Positions 34,901 through 44,520 of a DNA stretch of 59,573 nucleotides are shown one piece after another. Position 1 is the first letter of the stretch. Every line of letters starts with the position of its first letter. Source of the DNA: a virus (Duplodnaviria; Caudoviricetes); the IMG/VR virus record IMGVR_UViG_3300030090_001446, positions 1-59,573 of that record; one strand, given 5' to 3'. A program made the position numbers and the translations under genes. A model generated the notes under the pieces. It saw only the letters and a list, made by a program, of their open reading frames with translations. It did no database searches and was not told the DNA's origin.

Positions 34901-35772
34901 AGTTCATCACGTTGAGCAGAAGGTATAATATTATTAATTAATGTATTAGTAATCTGTGGAATTTGGCTTATCTTGTCAACAGCTTGTTCTCCTAACCTAG
35001 TTTTACTAAGTTGAGTACCTACACTTTCAGCAACTTCTGAAGATACCTGTTTAATTATTTCAGAACCTAATGCATTTTTTACTGCTTTATATCCTTGACT
35101 AGCAGTAGCCCCTATAATAGGAGCAGCTACGGTTCCCACAACTCCATGTAAAGCTATATCTCCATAGTCTTTTTCTGTTCTTTTGCCAGTAGCTATTTCT
35201 ACATCTTGATTTAAATTTTCACGATAAGCTTCTCCTGCACCTGCTGTTGATCCTTCTACAGCTAAAACTTTTCCTGTTTGTGCTAACCGTTGTCTACCCT
35301 CTTTTGATATTAAAGATTTTATTTTAGCTTCTAATCCTTTTTTAAATCCTAACTTAACTCCCTCTTTGGTAGCTAATCCAGCAGCACCTGCTCCTCCAAA
35401 AGTAAAGAAGGAGGCTAAACCTGAAAGAATATTAAAAGGATCAGTAATACCAGCATATATGTAATCACCAACAGCTTCCCATTCAGATGCAGCACCTTCT
35501 CCAAAATTAGGCATAGCGTCTACTTTATCAACAGCATGTTGATATAAAGTTAATAAATCAGGAGAAAAGTCATTTAGAATTGTACGTGATTGATTAACTG
35601 TAGCACCTAAATTAGCATTAAACCATCGACGTTTAGTTAAAAACGTGTCTACAATTTCTTTAGGATTAGTTGGAGAAGGATTTTCTCCTAATGCTCTTAA
35701 ACTATGATAAGCAGAGGATATAAAATCAGAATCTTTTTGCAATCCTTCATATGTAATATTTTTTTGAGCCAT
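31927..35772 (-). CDS. Large internal virion / ejection protein
   Basis: 1281 aa, helical; last of three large ORFs after the tail genes. Confidence 0.65.
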   Translation of the reverse strand: MAQKNITYEGLQKDSDFISSAYHSLRALGENPSPTNPKEIVDTFLTKRRWFNANLGATVNQSRTILNDFSPDLLTLYQHAVDKVDAMPNFGEGAASEWEAVGDYIYAGITDPFNILSGLASFFTFGGAGAAGLATKEGVKLGFKKGLEAKIKSLISKEGRQRLAQTGKVLAVEGSTAGAGEAYRENLNQDVEIATGKRTEKDYGDIALHGVVGTVAAPIIGATASQGYKAVKNALGSEIIKQVSSEVAESVGTQLSKTRLGEQAVDKISQIPQITNTLINNIIPSAQRDELSTRVFERITGETKPLEEVAEKISIKMDKEIKANFQQEGDVALINKAMEGNRQALTTIGNRSVELQNTIKEWQETVGQLQDIAGAGKFISAKIKGQYKYNPDKPYARDIYDRYISSRKEPFNKFIEDKPDLLQELQEELLADAATKDKKWATKANLIRDDELKPEIDIDKYVEEFARKQYNSVLNRKKKLGPLDKRKEIPKAVQAIWGKNNQPAIRALETAKGIVDSSTQMRLASSLAESLLARGVAKKITDADGPPPKNMVKLVSGFDPKGKVSDALSPFALTKNILTKDINEIYIDKNQATIIKNLVEGFDSRLFDKYEGIGSGFVQSVGNVLSAAQGRLKKAKTIYNPYAHIRNATGAASYVIGSGNYGGLKDVVEFYGKNIKNPEARQEMWDMMARMGLKGSQVELNQIFTRLAELDKGRGNIAEEFALAVGTGGQNVVEKIPGIDKTIKGLENMYMFTDDFAKMATFFRERKRATKIWDNFSDEIKQQKRKEFSNAFLGGKIIPGEQNALAKFDKELLDEQAVAKAMQLVPVYSRIPALVEKMRGLPVLGNFAAFPAENLRNKYNLFKISGQEIQEGIATGNKSLVNAGLNRLASQAVVAGSAYTGAYFYNLYNDTQKYMPTVRNTLAEWERNGAITIRKDNKGKIYYQNHSYSNPDQYTLDFIMPFILDMGEGRNIDESLFDTITGIASRQLEPFFGTSLAVQGAKDLYDYADADNSQKAMAALGAYYKTVEPGFVKPIRELAFESGFADSNEYLSTLDRVLKRTLPGEKQLRLKDTTLREDLRRLGVPGADLAAGKGENVSAWEIMAQINPFSWGIKEREFDPRKQITYATRTLARNSENDYDDVVTEINSIFSASAQKPNLKSIEKMYREAIEEKFGAAQQIFTLHTSFKGFMSQRELRDLAMDKVARGQLSKHDMSYILRNQFNTPRLSLSKNLTSTIREANKNRERKDRIDLVEVRKILRKVESDFGGRSLSRNIEEQEEK

Positions 35773-35784
35773 ATATTTTACCTA

Positions 35785-37956
35785 CTACTTTTGGTTTTTT
35801 AATTTTGCTGCTTGTTCTTTTATTGAAGTAATACCTTGTTTTAAAGGAACAGGAGCTACTGGCAACTCTTTCTTAGTCTCTTCTTGTTGTCCACCCTTTC
35901 CTACATCTTGGTTTAGCATATTTCTTAAATAGTTTATAGTACTTATATCTATACCTGCTCGTCGCGCTGCCTCTTCAGCTAACCTAAACTCACCACTAGC
36001 CAGTAACGCTTTAAACTCGAAATCACTTAAAAGTTCAGCCTGTGTTTTACCTATCTTCGCTTCTAGATCGGCAATTTCTACATCTAACCTAATAAGTTTT
36101 AAATTAAAATCTCTATTATCTTTTCTATTTTTTCTAGCTCTGTCAAGCCTTGCTATTGTTAATTTATTAAATTCTGCATCATTAAGTATTGATAACTCTT
36201 GCTCTTTTAATTCTGCATTAGTTTTTTGAGTTAATTTTGCTAAATCAAGTTTCTCATCCTCTCTTTCTCCTGTACGCTCTGCCTGAGAAAACGTTTGTTC
36301 TTGTTTTAAAAGGTCTATAGCTTCGTCTGCTTCAGATAATTGTCTTTCAATTGATTCTTTATCTCTTCCAATACCTCTTTTAAAACTTTCAATAGCTGCC
36401 GCATCTCTTTTTTGATCAAGTGCTAACTGACGAGTTTTTAAATCTTTTTCTGATTGCACTAAACTTTCTGCCGTGCGTTTTAGATTTGCACCAAAAGGAG
36501 CAAATTCCCAACCTTCTTTAGGTGTTTGATTCATATTCATCATAGCTATCCACAATCTACTCATTGGAGTAACTTGATCAATATCTGCTTGTTCTCTATC
36601 AAACATAGCACTTTGTTTTTTACCAAGCTGTGCATATTTATCTTCTAATAATTTTCTTTGAATAGCAGCTTCTTTTCTAGCCTCTTCTTTAGCACCTATG
36701 GCTCGTCGAAACCTAGCTTGAGGACTTTCATCAGGGTTTAAAACTCTTTGTAAATGTTGTATATTTAGACTAGGCAAAACATCATGGTGCTTATGAAATT
36801 CTTCTGTGCTTATTACTTGGTCATTTGTTTGTCTTCGTACTAAAGGAACAAGTCCACCATCACGACGAGAAACAAGACCACCTCTTTTTCGTACAGCAGG
36901 TCTTGCTGCTGCTGCTCTCTGACCACCTAACTGACCAAATAAACTACCCACACCTGCTCCTATTGATCCTACAGTAGAAGCTAAATTAGCAAATGGTGAA
37001 GGACCGAATTGAGTAGGTGATTGCCTAACTTCTTGTCTCATAGCAGGGAAACCATATGCTGCTGCTTGCATACGATCAAGAACACTTTCAGGAAAAGCCT
37101 GTTCTTCAAGAAATTCTTTATATGCTTCATCAAGAGCAGTTTGTGTTTGCTGTTGTTGCAATGCTCCTACTCGTTCTATACCTGATAATTCTTTAGCTCG
37201 TTGTCCAAATTCACCAGTAGCTAATCCTGTAAGTCCTTGAGCAGTGGCAGCTTCTCTACCCTTCTGCATTTCAAAAGCTTTTAATCCTCGATCATATGCA
37301 GCCTGTGATCCTTTACGTTGTATGTCACTTAGAAGCTGTCCTTGTCCTCGTAAAGCTTCTGCTTCTAATAAAGCGCCCCTGCTACCCCCAAACGATCCTG
37401 ATTGAATAGCAGCAGCTTGTACTTTAGGTAAAACTTCTTGTTCAAACTTTTGTTGCGCTTCTCTTTTTTCAATATCAACAACAGCTTGTTGAAAAGGAGA
37501 CATAAATTTTTCTGCAACATCTCCTGTAAATTCTTCTGGTTGTCCGCGAATTAAAGCTTCAGCTTCAGCAAAACGATCTGCTGTAATACCTGGACCTGTT
37601 TGAGTTACAGCACGTTCACCTGTAGTAGGATCAATAGATATATCAAATCCTGCAAGACCCGCTAATCCTCTCTGAGCTTCTAACTGTTCAGGAGTAAATT
37701 CAGCAATTGTCGGTCCTGTAAAAGCTTTATAACCACCTGGATCAATAGGTTCACCTGTTACAGGATCAAGAACAAGTTCTCCAGTTTCTTCATCACGAAA
37801 ACCCTCAGTCCGAAGCGTAGCCAGTGCAGCTTCTCGCTCCAGATAGTCTTTCATGAACGGACCAATTTCCTCCGCTAGACGTTCTGTAGCAATCGTTACA
37901 CCACCTGGACGAGCCTGTGGTTGAAAAAATCCTGTTCCTAAAGTTGATGATGCCAT
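35785..37956 (-). CDS. Internal virion / DNA-transfer protein
   Basis: IAEFTPEQ, FMSPFQQAV, SFGGSR, Gln/Ala-rich coiled coil. Confidence 0.65.
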   Translation of the reverse strand: MASSTLGTGFFQPQARPGGVTIATERLAEEIGPFMKDYLEREAALATLRTEGFRDEETGELVLDPVTGEPIDPGGYKAFTGPTIAEFTPEQLEAQRGLAGLAGFDISIDPTTGERAVTQTGPGITADRFAEAEALIRGQPEEFTGDVAEKFMSPFQQAVVDIEKREAQQKFEQEVLPKVQAAAIQSGSFGGSRGALLEAEALRGQGQLLSDIQRKGSQAAYDRGLKAFEMQKGREAATAQGLTGLATGEFGQRAKELSGIERVGALQQQQTQTALDEAYKEFLEEQAFPESVLDRMQAAAYGFPAMRQEVRQSPTQFGPSPFANLASTVGSIGAGVGSLFGQLGGQRAAAARPAVRKRGGLVSRRDGGLVPLVRRQTNDQVISTEEFHKHHDVLPSLNIQHLQRVLNPDESPQARFRRAIGAKEEARKEAAIQRKLLEDKYAQLGKKQSAMFDREQADIDQVTPMSRLWIAMMNMNQTPKEGWEFAPFGANLKRTAESLVQSEKDLKTRQLALDQKRDAAAIESFKRGIGRDKESIERQLSEADEAIDLLKQEQTFSQAERTGEREDEKLDLAKLTQKTNAELKEQELSILNDAEFNKLTIARLDRARKNRKDNRDFNLKLIRLDVEIADLEAKIGKTQAELLSDFEFKALLASGEFRLAEEAARRAGIDISTINYLRNMLNQDVGKGGQQEETKKELPVAPVPLKQGITSIKEQAAKLKNQK

Positions 37957-37968
37957 CGTATATATCCT

Positions 37969-40365
37969 TTATGCTAATCCACTTAAACTTATTTTTAATT
38001 CTTCAGAACCATTAATTTCATTAGGTTGATCATCTGTTCCATAAGCTGCTGCTCTAATATCTTTTACAACTTGATCTAAAATTTTACCACCTTCTTTAGC
38101 ACTACCATTTCCTAAAGCAGCTACAGTATAAGCATCAAATACATATTCATCAGGACTTACTGCTAATGTAGCTATTTGTTGTCCATCTGATACAATAGGC
38201 ATTTGAACATTATCTTCCATTCCATGTCCTTCTCCACCAATCAAACCTGAAAAATGTTTTTTCATAATGGTTTCTTGTTTTGGAGAACCTCCTCTTTTTA
38301 AATTAACAGAACCACCAGTAGCTGCTGGTGTTAATTTAAGATCAGTAAATAATGGTTCAAGCAAATCAGATTTTAGCTCTTCATTTTCTTCTAATAATTC
38401 GTCAATATCTTCTTCAGTATCAGCACCAAGAAGTTTTAAAACAAAATTTCTATTAGCTGCACTAGGACCAAATTTAGATAATACTGTAGCTAATCCTGAA
38501 GAATCTCCAGATAAACTCCTGAATGCTTGTGATACAGGAATGCTACTACCAAATCCTATTCTAATATCAGAGGATGAAGAAAGTAATGGAGCAATTTTTT
38601 CTAATGCTGAAGGCATTGGTCCTAAATCGTTACCAAACGGATCGCGACCTCTATTCATTGCTCTCCATTCATTCTTCCAGTTATGACCAAATGGATTAAG
38701 AAAAGCTCCTGCACGCGCTGCATATGCGCCTGAAGTTTTATCATCTAAATATTGTTCAACATCAAAAGTATTTTCGTCAGAATATTCATCTTCATGGCGT
38801 GATTTTGTTAAAATACCTTTTCTAACCGCTCTTGGGTCTAAATTTTGTGCGCCTCCTATGCTATCTAGCCATTTCATATATTCTTTAAATACACGCGGAC
38901 TAGATCGAACTCCACCAATAGCAGGAGTCAGATATGCATCACCTTCTGTTGCAGATTGCGTAGGTCCAACAGCAGCAGTTGGGAACAGTTTATGAAATTG
39001 AGCATTTTGATAAGCAAAAGTTGGATCACCTAACGATCCTTTTTCAGCAGGAGTTAAACCTATTTTATCATATTGAGGATGTTGAGATATATGTACAGGA
39101 CCACTTCTAGCTAGAGAGACTAATCCTCCTGATTGAGTAGCACGTACTGGTTTTTCGCGAGTTCGGTATACTACACTACCTACTAAATCTTGTTTCGTTA
39201 TTCTTATTTTCTTTCCAGACTTATCAGTAACTGTAATAAAACCTTTTGTTCTTAAGTCTTTTTGTTGCTTCTCTGTTAATGGAGGACCAGTATATTTTGG
39301 ACTTCGGGATACACCTCTTTGACCACCAACTTCATCAGGTAATTTTGCAATATTTTTACTTTTAGGTATTTTTTGTGGTGCTGTATCTGGTTGTTCAGGC
39401 TGAGAGTGTTTCTCCATAGTTGTTAATAAAGGTACTACACCTGTACCTAGTTTTCCTTTCAATTCATCTCTTATTTCTTTTTTCGATCCTCCTGAAACTG
39501 TTTTACCCAAACCTGCTCTTCCTGCTACTTGTTGGTAAAAAGGCTTTGCTCTTTCTTCTTTCTGCCTATCTCTCATTTTTCTAAGTATTTCTCTTTCTTC
39601 AGGGTCTTCCTCATCTAACCACAATGCTCCTGCAATAGGCTCATCAGGATGTCTACGCCGATGTTCTTCTCCATATCTAAGACCTTCCAAACCTGCATAT
39701 AACCAATGATCTGGGTGTTGAGAACCCCCTAAAACAGTAGTACCAAATAGTTCTTCCTCTAAAATAGGTAAACCACCTTGTAAACCTGTTCGTATAAGCC
39801 CTTGTCCTATCGCACTATTAGCTATATCACTTAATCCTTCTAGACCAGTTGCATCTACAAGAGAACCAATCGCTGCTGCTCCAAAATCATAACCTATATT
39901 TTTAATAGTCCCTACAGCGGCATCTTTTGCAAAATCTAAAAATCCACCCCAAGATTTATTTATAACAGGTACTTGTTGATTTCTAGTAACTCTATTATGC
40001 GCTTGTTTTGCCATTGCAAGTTGTTGTAAACCAGTTTTAAGCATATCATTCTGTATAGCTACTTCATTTTTTATAGCCTCCTCAAATATATTAGGCTTTG
40101 TTGCAAGTGCTGCTTTTAGAAATTCCTCTTTAAGATGCTCTGGATTCTTTCTTGCAGGTACACCTGGAGGACGCTGTGGTACACCTGAAGGACGCTGTGG
40201 CGGCATTGGTCTACTAGAAGGAGTACGTGGTACTACTCTTTGTCTAGTAGGTCGAGCAGTCATTTCTTGAACCATTCGTTTAGAAGCATCAGGACGTTGA
40301 AGCATATCTCTTACATCCATAAAGCCTTCAAAGTTTCTATCTGTTGGTCGCATAGCTATCTCCAA
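37969..40365 (-). CDS. Putative internal virion protein
   Basis: 798 aa; C-terminal G.G.G..D...SPDEYVFDAYTVAALGNGS domain; GG motifs. Confidence 0.6.
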   Translation of the reverse strand: MEIAMRPTDRNFEGFMDVRDMLQRPDASKRMVQEMTARPTRQRVVPRTPSSRPMPPQRPSGVPQRPPGVPARKNPEHLKEEFLKAALATKPNIFEEAIKNEVAIQNDMLKTGLQQLAMAKQAHNRVTRNQQVPVINKSWGGFLDFAKDAAVGTIKNIGYDFGAAAIGSLVDATGLEGLSDIANSAIGQGLIRTGLQGGLPILEEELFGTTVLGGSQHPDHWLYAGLEGLRYGEEHRRRHPDEPIAGALWLDEEDPEEREILRKMRDRQKEERAKPFYQQVAGRAGLGKTVSGGSKKEIRDELKGKLGTGVVPLLTTMEKHSQPEQPDTAPQKIPKSKNIAKLPDEVGGQRGVSRSPKYTGPPLTEKQQKDLRTKGFITVTDKSGKKIRITKQDLVGSVVYRTREKPVRATQSGGLVSLARSGPVHISQHPQYDKIGLTPAEKGSLGDPTFAYQNAQFHKLFPTAAVGPTQSATEGDAYLTPAIGGVRSSPRVFKEYMKWLDSIGGAQNLDPRAVRKGILTKSRHEDEYSDENTFDVEQYLDDKTSGAYAARAGAFLNPFGHNWKNEWRAMNRGRDPFGNDLGPMPSALEKIAPLLSSSSDIRIGFGSSIPVSQAFRSLSGDSSGLATVLSKFGPSAANRNFVLKLLGADTEEDIDELLEENEELKSDLLEPLFTDLKLTPAATGGSVNLKRGGSPKQETIMKKHFSGLIGGEGHGMEDNVQMPIVSDGQQIATLAVSPDEYVFDAYTVAALGNGSAKEGGKILDQVVKDIRAAAYGTDDQPNEINGSEELKISLSGLA

Positions 40366-40534
40366 AAGAAGTATAATTAGATTGTGGATTATTATTTATA
40401 CTAGATACATTTTGAATTGGATGAAACTTTTGTTGAATATTATATAATTCAGGTAACATAATTTGTCCTTGATTAAGATTACTAATCAAGGTGCTGTTAT
40501 TAACAAATTTAAAATATTCTTCATTAGTCATCAA
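40337..40534 (-). CDS. Hypothetical protein
   Basis: Overlap-coupled on both sides. Confidence 0.55.
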   Translation of the reverse strand: MMTNEEYFKFVNNSTLISNLNQGQIMLPELYNIQQKFHPIQNVSSINNNPQSNYTSFGDSYATNR

Positions 40535-40812
40535 TTAAAATCTTTCCATGTTGTAGATGCAGCAGTACTTACATAACCCTTAAATTTACCACTGCTTGCA
40601 GAGTATGCAATATCTCCCCCTTTAGGACGCCCAATATTAGTTACTGTAACAACTGTATAAATATTTGTAGTAGGTGCTGCTTCTATTTCTTGATCTCGTA
40701 AATCAAGCTGATTAATTAAAGCTGCTCCCCATTTTTCTAAAGTTTGATAAACTTTTCTAGTTTCTTCTTGTGTAATATTTATAAGAAAAGGAAGATCAGG
40801 ATAACGAGCCAT
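40531..40812 (-). CDS. Small tail-associated protein
   Basis: Follows the nozzle gene; GDIAYS...FKGY...W. Confidence 0.55.
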   Translation of the reverse strand: MARYPDLPFLINITQEETRKVYQTLEKWGAALINQLDLRDQEIEAAPTTNIYTVVTVTNIGRPKGGDIAYSASSGKFKGYVSTAASTTWKDFN

Positions 40813-42653
40813 TACCTTCCTCCATCAGGTTGAAAGGCTACACGAACTGCACCCCATCTCCATTTAGCTTCAGTTGAATTAGTAGAAACTTTAATACTGG
40901 CTTGCCTTCCTCTTACTCTAAAATCTATTTTCTGTGTAGACTTAGTAATTGTAAATGGTCCTTTTGTAACTGATGCCGTACTTTCAGGATAATCTTTAGT
41001 AGTAATAGAAAATTTAATATTACCATCTGTTAAATCAAAATCAGGAATCATTTTATTTAAAAACATTAATTGATTACCATCATCAATATCAAAAGTAGCA
41101 GATTCAATAAATGAAGTTAATGCACTTCCTGATCCTGTTTGTAAATTAATTCCAACAGGTTCATTATCATAAAGGTTATTTCCACCTACAGATGCTCCTG
41201 TTGTAATTGTATTACCAAATACATATTGATCTGCAAAGGTTGTAAATAACGTAGTTCCTATAGTCCAATAATTTCCTTCTGGTGAAAAAATAACATACTT
41301 ATCACAATCACTATTAGTAGTATTATTAGAAGGATATAACCAGATGATTTCATTAAATTCTGAATTTATTCCTGCATAAACTTTATCAACTTGACTTAAA
41401 TTTAATTCATCAAATACATGCTTTCTAACGGTACAAGGAAGAACTCTAACTTGTCCATCATTGGTATAAAAATTATCATGCCCCATCCAAATAGATGCTC
41501 CTTTATAATCTACAGCAGCATGAGGAGCAAGTAATCCACAGTTTGATCCTAACTGTTGGAATTTAAATACAAAAGGAGGACCAACAAAAGACATATTCCA
41601 TAATGCATTATCAGTCCAAATATTAACTCCATTACGAGAACGTACTCCTCCAACAATTCTTGTACCGTCTGTTAAAAGATTATCTCCAGAATTAGAACTA
41701 ACTGAAGGAGTCCAATTATCTTTTCTATTTGTATCAGACCAACGAACTAATAGTGGATTATAATTTCCTGATAAATCATTTGTGCCTAAAGCAATAATAT
41801 GTCTATCATTAGGTGATACTAAAACTGAATCTACCCGTGCAGGAGAGTTAGTTACTGTAGTTAAACGTACAGGAGAAGTTGATACATCAGTATCATAAAA
41901 GAATATAGGACCATTCCTTCTATTAGCTACAACATCTTCTCCATAATTATCTAAACTCCATTGCGTAATCTGTCTAACTAATCCTGATGCTGATGCTGAT
42001 GTAGGCTCATTCCAAGCTCTTGTTTGAGATGCACATACTGTTGCTTGGAATTTAGCTGCTCCATATCCAAGACCAGGACTAGCTACTTCATTTCCTGTTG
42101 TAATTAAATAATTAAGTGTAGCATTTCCTGCTTGTGTGCTAGTAGCATCTGCTGCATCAGTAACACTAATAACATATACATTAGCATCTACAACTGAAGC
42201 AATTTCATACGTATTATTAGATAAATTAATATTACCACCTAGATTAGTACTTGCTGATGTAAAGTTTACAAAGTCACCTGCTTTTGTATTACTTCCGTTA
42301 TCTGAAACACAAACTCTAGTTGTTCCTGCTGAAGTACCAAAACAATTTGCTAATGTTACTGTAGATGCTAATGGTGTTACATCAAATAAAGTATCACCAT
42401 GAAACTCAAATAATTTTTTATCAGTTCCAAACATAGCTCGTTTGGTTTGATCATTATCTACCCAAGTCAATAAATCTCTAGCAATACCATCATAAGTATC
42501 ATCTATCTTAGTTTTATATCCTCTAAGACATTCAGGTTTTCCATCCCGAAAACGAACCCTATCTGCATTAAACCATTTTCCACTTTCAGCATATTTAGTA
42601 GATTCCTTAAATATACCTGGAGGAAAATCAAGTTTAACTAATTTAGTTGTCAT
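40812..42653 (-). CDS. Tail nozzle / stabilization protein (P22 gp10 / T7 gp12-like)
   Basis: Beta-rich 613 aa; VRWSD, INSEFNEIIWLYPS, RGRQ, QPDGGR. Confidence 0.75.
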   Translation of the reverse strand: MTTKLVKLDFPPGIFKESTKYAESGKWFNADRVRFRDGKPECLRGYKTKIDDTYDGIARDLLTWVDNDQTKRAMFGTDKKLFEFHGDTLFDVTPLASTVTLANCFGTSAGTTRVCVSDNGSNTKAGDFVNFTSASTNLGGNINLSNNTYEIASVVDANVYVISVTDAADATSTQAGNATLNYLITTGNEVASPGLGYGAAKFQATVCASQTRAWNEPTSASASGLVRQITQWSLDNYGEDVVANRRNGPIFFYDTDVSTSPVRLTTVTNSPARVDSVLVSPNDRHIIALGTNDLSGNYNPLLVRWSDTNRKDNWTPSVSSNSGDNLLTDGTRIVGGVRSRNGVNIWTDNALWNMSFVGPPFVFKFQQLGSNCGLLAPHAAVDYKGASIWMGHDNFYTNDGQVRVLPCTVRKHVFDELNLSQVDKVYAGINSEFNEIIWLYPSNNTTNSDCDKYVIFSPEGNYWTIGTTLFTTFADQYVFGNTITTGASVGGNNLYDNEPVGINLQTGSGSALTSFIESATFDIDDGNQLMFLNKMIPDFDLTDGNIKFSITTKDYPESTASVTKGPFTITKSTQKIDFRVRGRQASIKVSTNSTEAKWRWGAVRVAFQPDGGR

Positions 42654-42656
42654 TTG

Positions 42657-43580
42657 CTATCTCTTAAAGTCATGTAACATTACAGCATCAATAGTAGTGG
42701 CACTTCTAGCACTATATACAAGCATATCAACTGCATTAGTTGTAGTTGTTAAAACAGGAGCAGAACCACTTACAAATTTAAATACAGTATTATAACCAAG
42801 AGTTCTATTACCAGTACCATCTTGAATAACATAAATAAGACCTGTTTGTCCTGCTGTTGCATTAGATGGTGCAGCTAAAGTTCTATTACCTCCAAGTGTA
42901 ACTAAAAAATTATTACCTACTAAAAAATCAACAGCAATAGATGCAGCGTCTGTTAATGTAGTTATAGGATTAACAGCCCTAGCAGATGTATCAATAACAA
43001 ACTGACCATCTCGTATAGTCTTTGTACCTAAAAGTGTTGTATTAACAGTTACAGATGTTCTTAAATATCGTAAATCAGCTAAAGATGTATCAGGTACATT
43101 AGTAGCACATACACCTATATCCGCACTAGCTGCTGTTCCTAAATTAAACGACTTAGTATTAACAGGTTTAACTGAAGTAGCATCACAATAAATCCATCCT
43201 ATACCACTAAAAGGAACATCATATCCATCACCAGCAGCAGTTTTAATTTTAATAATATCACTAGCAGTAGTATTAGCAGATACTGCATTATTAATTAAAT
43301 AATGTTTAGTATTACCAGGAATAACAAGTGAGATAGTATTATGCGCTCCTCCGACAGTTCCTTTAATATGTAAAATAGCAGATCGAGATTGATCATCTGA
43401 ACCATTATTTGAGGTTAAAGTAACAGAAGTAGTTGATCCTACACTGATAGTAGCTATACCTGCAATAGCTTCATCAGTTAAACTAATAACACCATCGTTT
43501 AATATTTGCCCCCAACTATTAGGATTTTCTCCATCTCCTTGTTTAGTAAGGCGTATATTAGTTGTAAATGTACTTGCCAT
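42657..43580 (-). CDS. Tail fiber / adaptor protein
   Basis: MASTFT...GENPNSWG N-terminus; C-terminal domain shared with the 714-aa fiber. Confidence 0.7.
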   Translation of the reverse strand: MASTFTTNIRLTKQGDGENPNSWGQILNDGVISLTDEAIAGIATISVGSTTSVTLTSNNGSDDQSRSAILHIKGTVGGAHNTISLVIPGNTKHYLINNAVSANTTASDIIKIKTAAGDGYDVPFSGIGWIYCDATSVKPVNTKSFNLGTAASADIGVCATNVPDTSLADLRYLRTSVTVNTTLLGTKTIRDGQFVIDTSARAVNPITTLTDAASIAVDFLVGNNFLVTLGGNRTLAAPSNATAGQTGLIYVIQDGTGNRTLGYNTVFKFVSGSAPVLTTTTNAVDMLVYSARSATTIDAVMLHDFKR

Positions 43581-43591
43581 TCTTAAATTCC

Positions 43592-43972
43592 TTATAAAGA
43601 GTTCTGTTTTGGTGTAGCAGGGATTCCCTTAACAATAATGTATCCTACAAGCATATCATTAATAGAAGATTTTACTTTTAAAACAGTATTTGTTATTTTT
43701 CTATGATCCTTATAACTACTAATAATTTCTGATACTTTAAATTTCATAGGAGGAAAAATTTTTATACAATCTTGATTAATTTTTTTCTCTACAATTTTAC
43801 CAGCAAAAGATTCTTGACTTTTAGAATCTGCCAAAACCAAATCCATTATATCTTTTTCTTGTTTACAAACAAAGAATGCTGCTACTTCATCTCCTATAGA
43901 CCATGTTTCTTCAGCATTTGCATAAATAGGTAATAAAATAAAACTTATTAAAAAAAATACTTTATATAACAT
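43592..43972 (-). CDS. Secreted hypothetical protein
   Basis: Signal peptide ending ANA; two Cys. Confidence 0.6.
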   Translation of the reverse strand: MLYKVFFLISFILLPIYANAEETWSIGDEVAAFFVCKQEKDIMDLVLADSKSQESFAGKIVEKKINQDCIKIFPPMKFKVSEIISSYKDHRKITNTVLKVKSSINDMLVGYIIVKGIPATPKQNSL

Positions 43973-44511
43973 TATTCAAGTTCTCTTGGATTACGAGGCC
44001 AATCATTAAATTCTGCTATTTTTCCGTCTTCTGTAGAAATTGTCATAGCTTCCAAACCAGCAACGTCTCCTTTACTATCTATAGCAGTTTCTAAAGCTTT
44101 AGCTTTGACTCTAAGATCATCTCTCCATTTAGCAAAGTCTGATGGTTGGGCAGTACCATTATCTTGCTCCCTAATTATAATCCAGTCAGTTTGTTCTAAA
44201 TAATTTTTAAGAACATTATTAACATGAATTTTCATTGTATTTTTAATATCAGAAATATTTCTAGCAATTTTTGTTCTTGTAATAACAACTTTATTTTCTT
44301 GAATATCAGGAGTAGATTCAACAGTATAATAAAACATATTATCAATTAAAGAACCTGAATATTCATAAGGTAAAATTCCTATTTCTTTACGTTGATTATC
44401 TGACCAAGCCGAACTAAAAATTGCTTTAGAATATTGAACATCATTTATTACAATTGATTTTGGATGTTTAATAGTCTGTACAATTTTATTATCTATAATT
44501 CTTGCCCACAT
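43972..44511 (-). CDS. Tail fiber assembly / chaperone-like protein
   Basis: LEQTDWIIIR...WRDDLR; follows the receptor-binding protein. Confidence 0.65.
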   Translation of the reverse strand: MWARIIDNKIVQTIKHPKSIVINDVQYSKAIFSSAWSDNQRKEIGILPYEYSGSLIDNMFYYTVESTPDIQENKVVITRTKIARNISDIKNTMKIHVNNVLKNYLEQTDWIIIREQDNGTAQPSDFAKWRDDLRVKAKALETAIDSKGDVAGLEAMTISTEDGKIAEFNDWPRNPRELE

Positions 44512-44520
44512 ACTTTACTC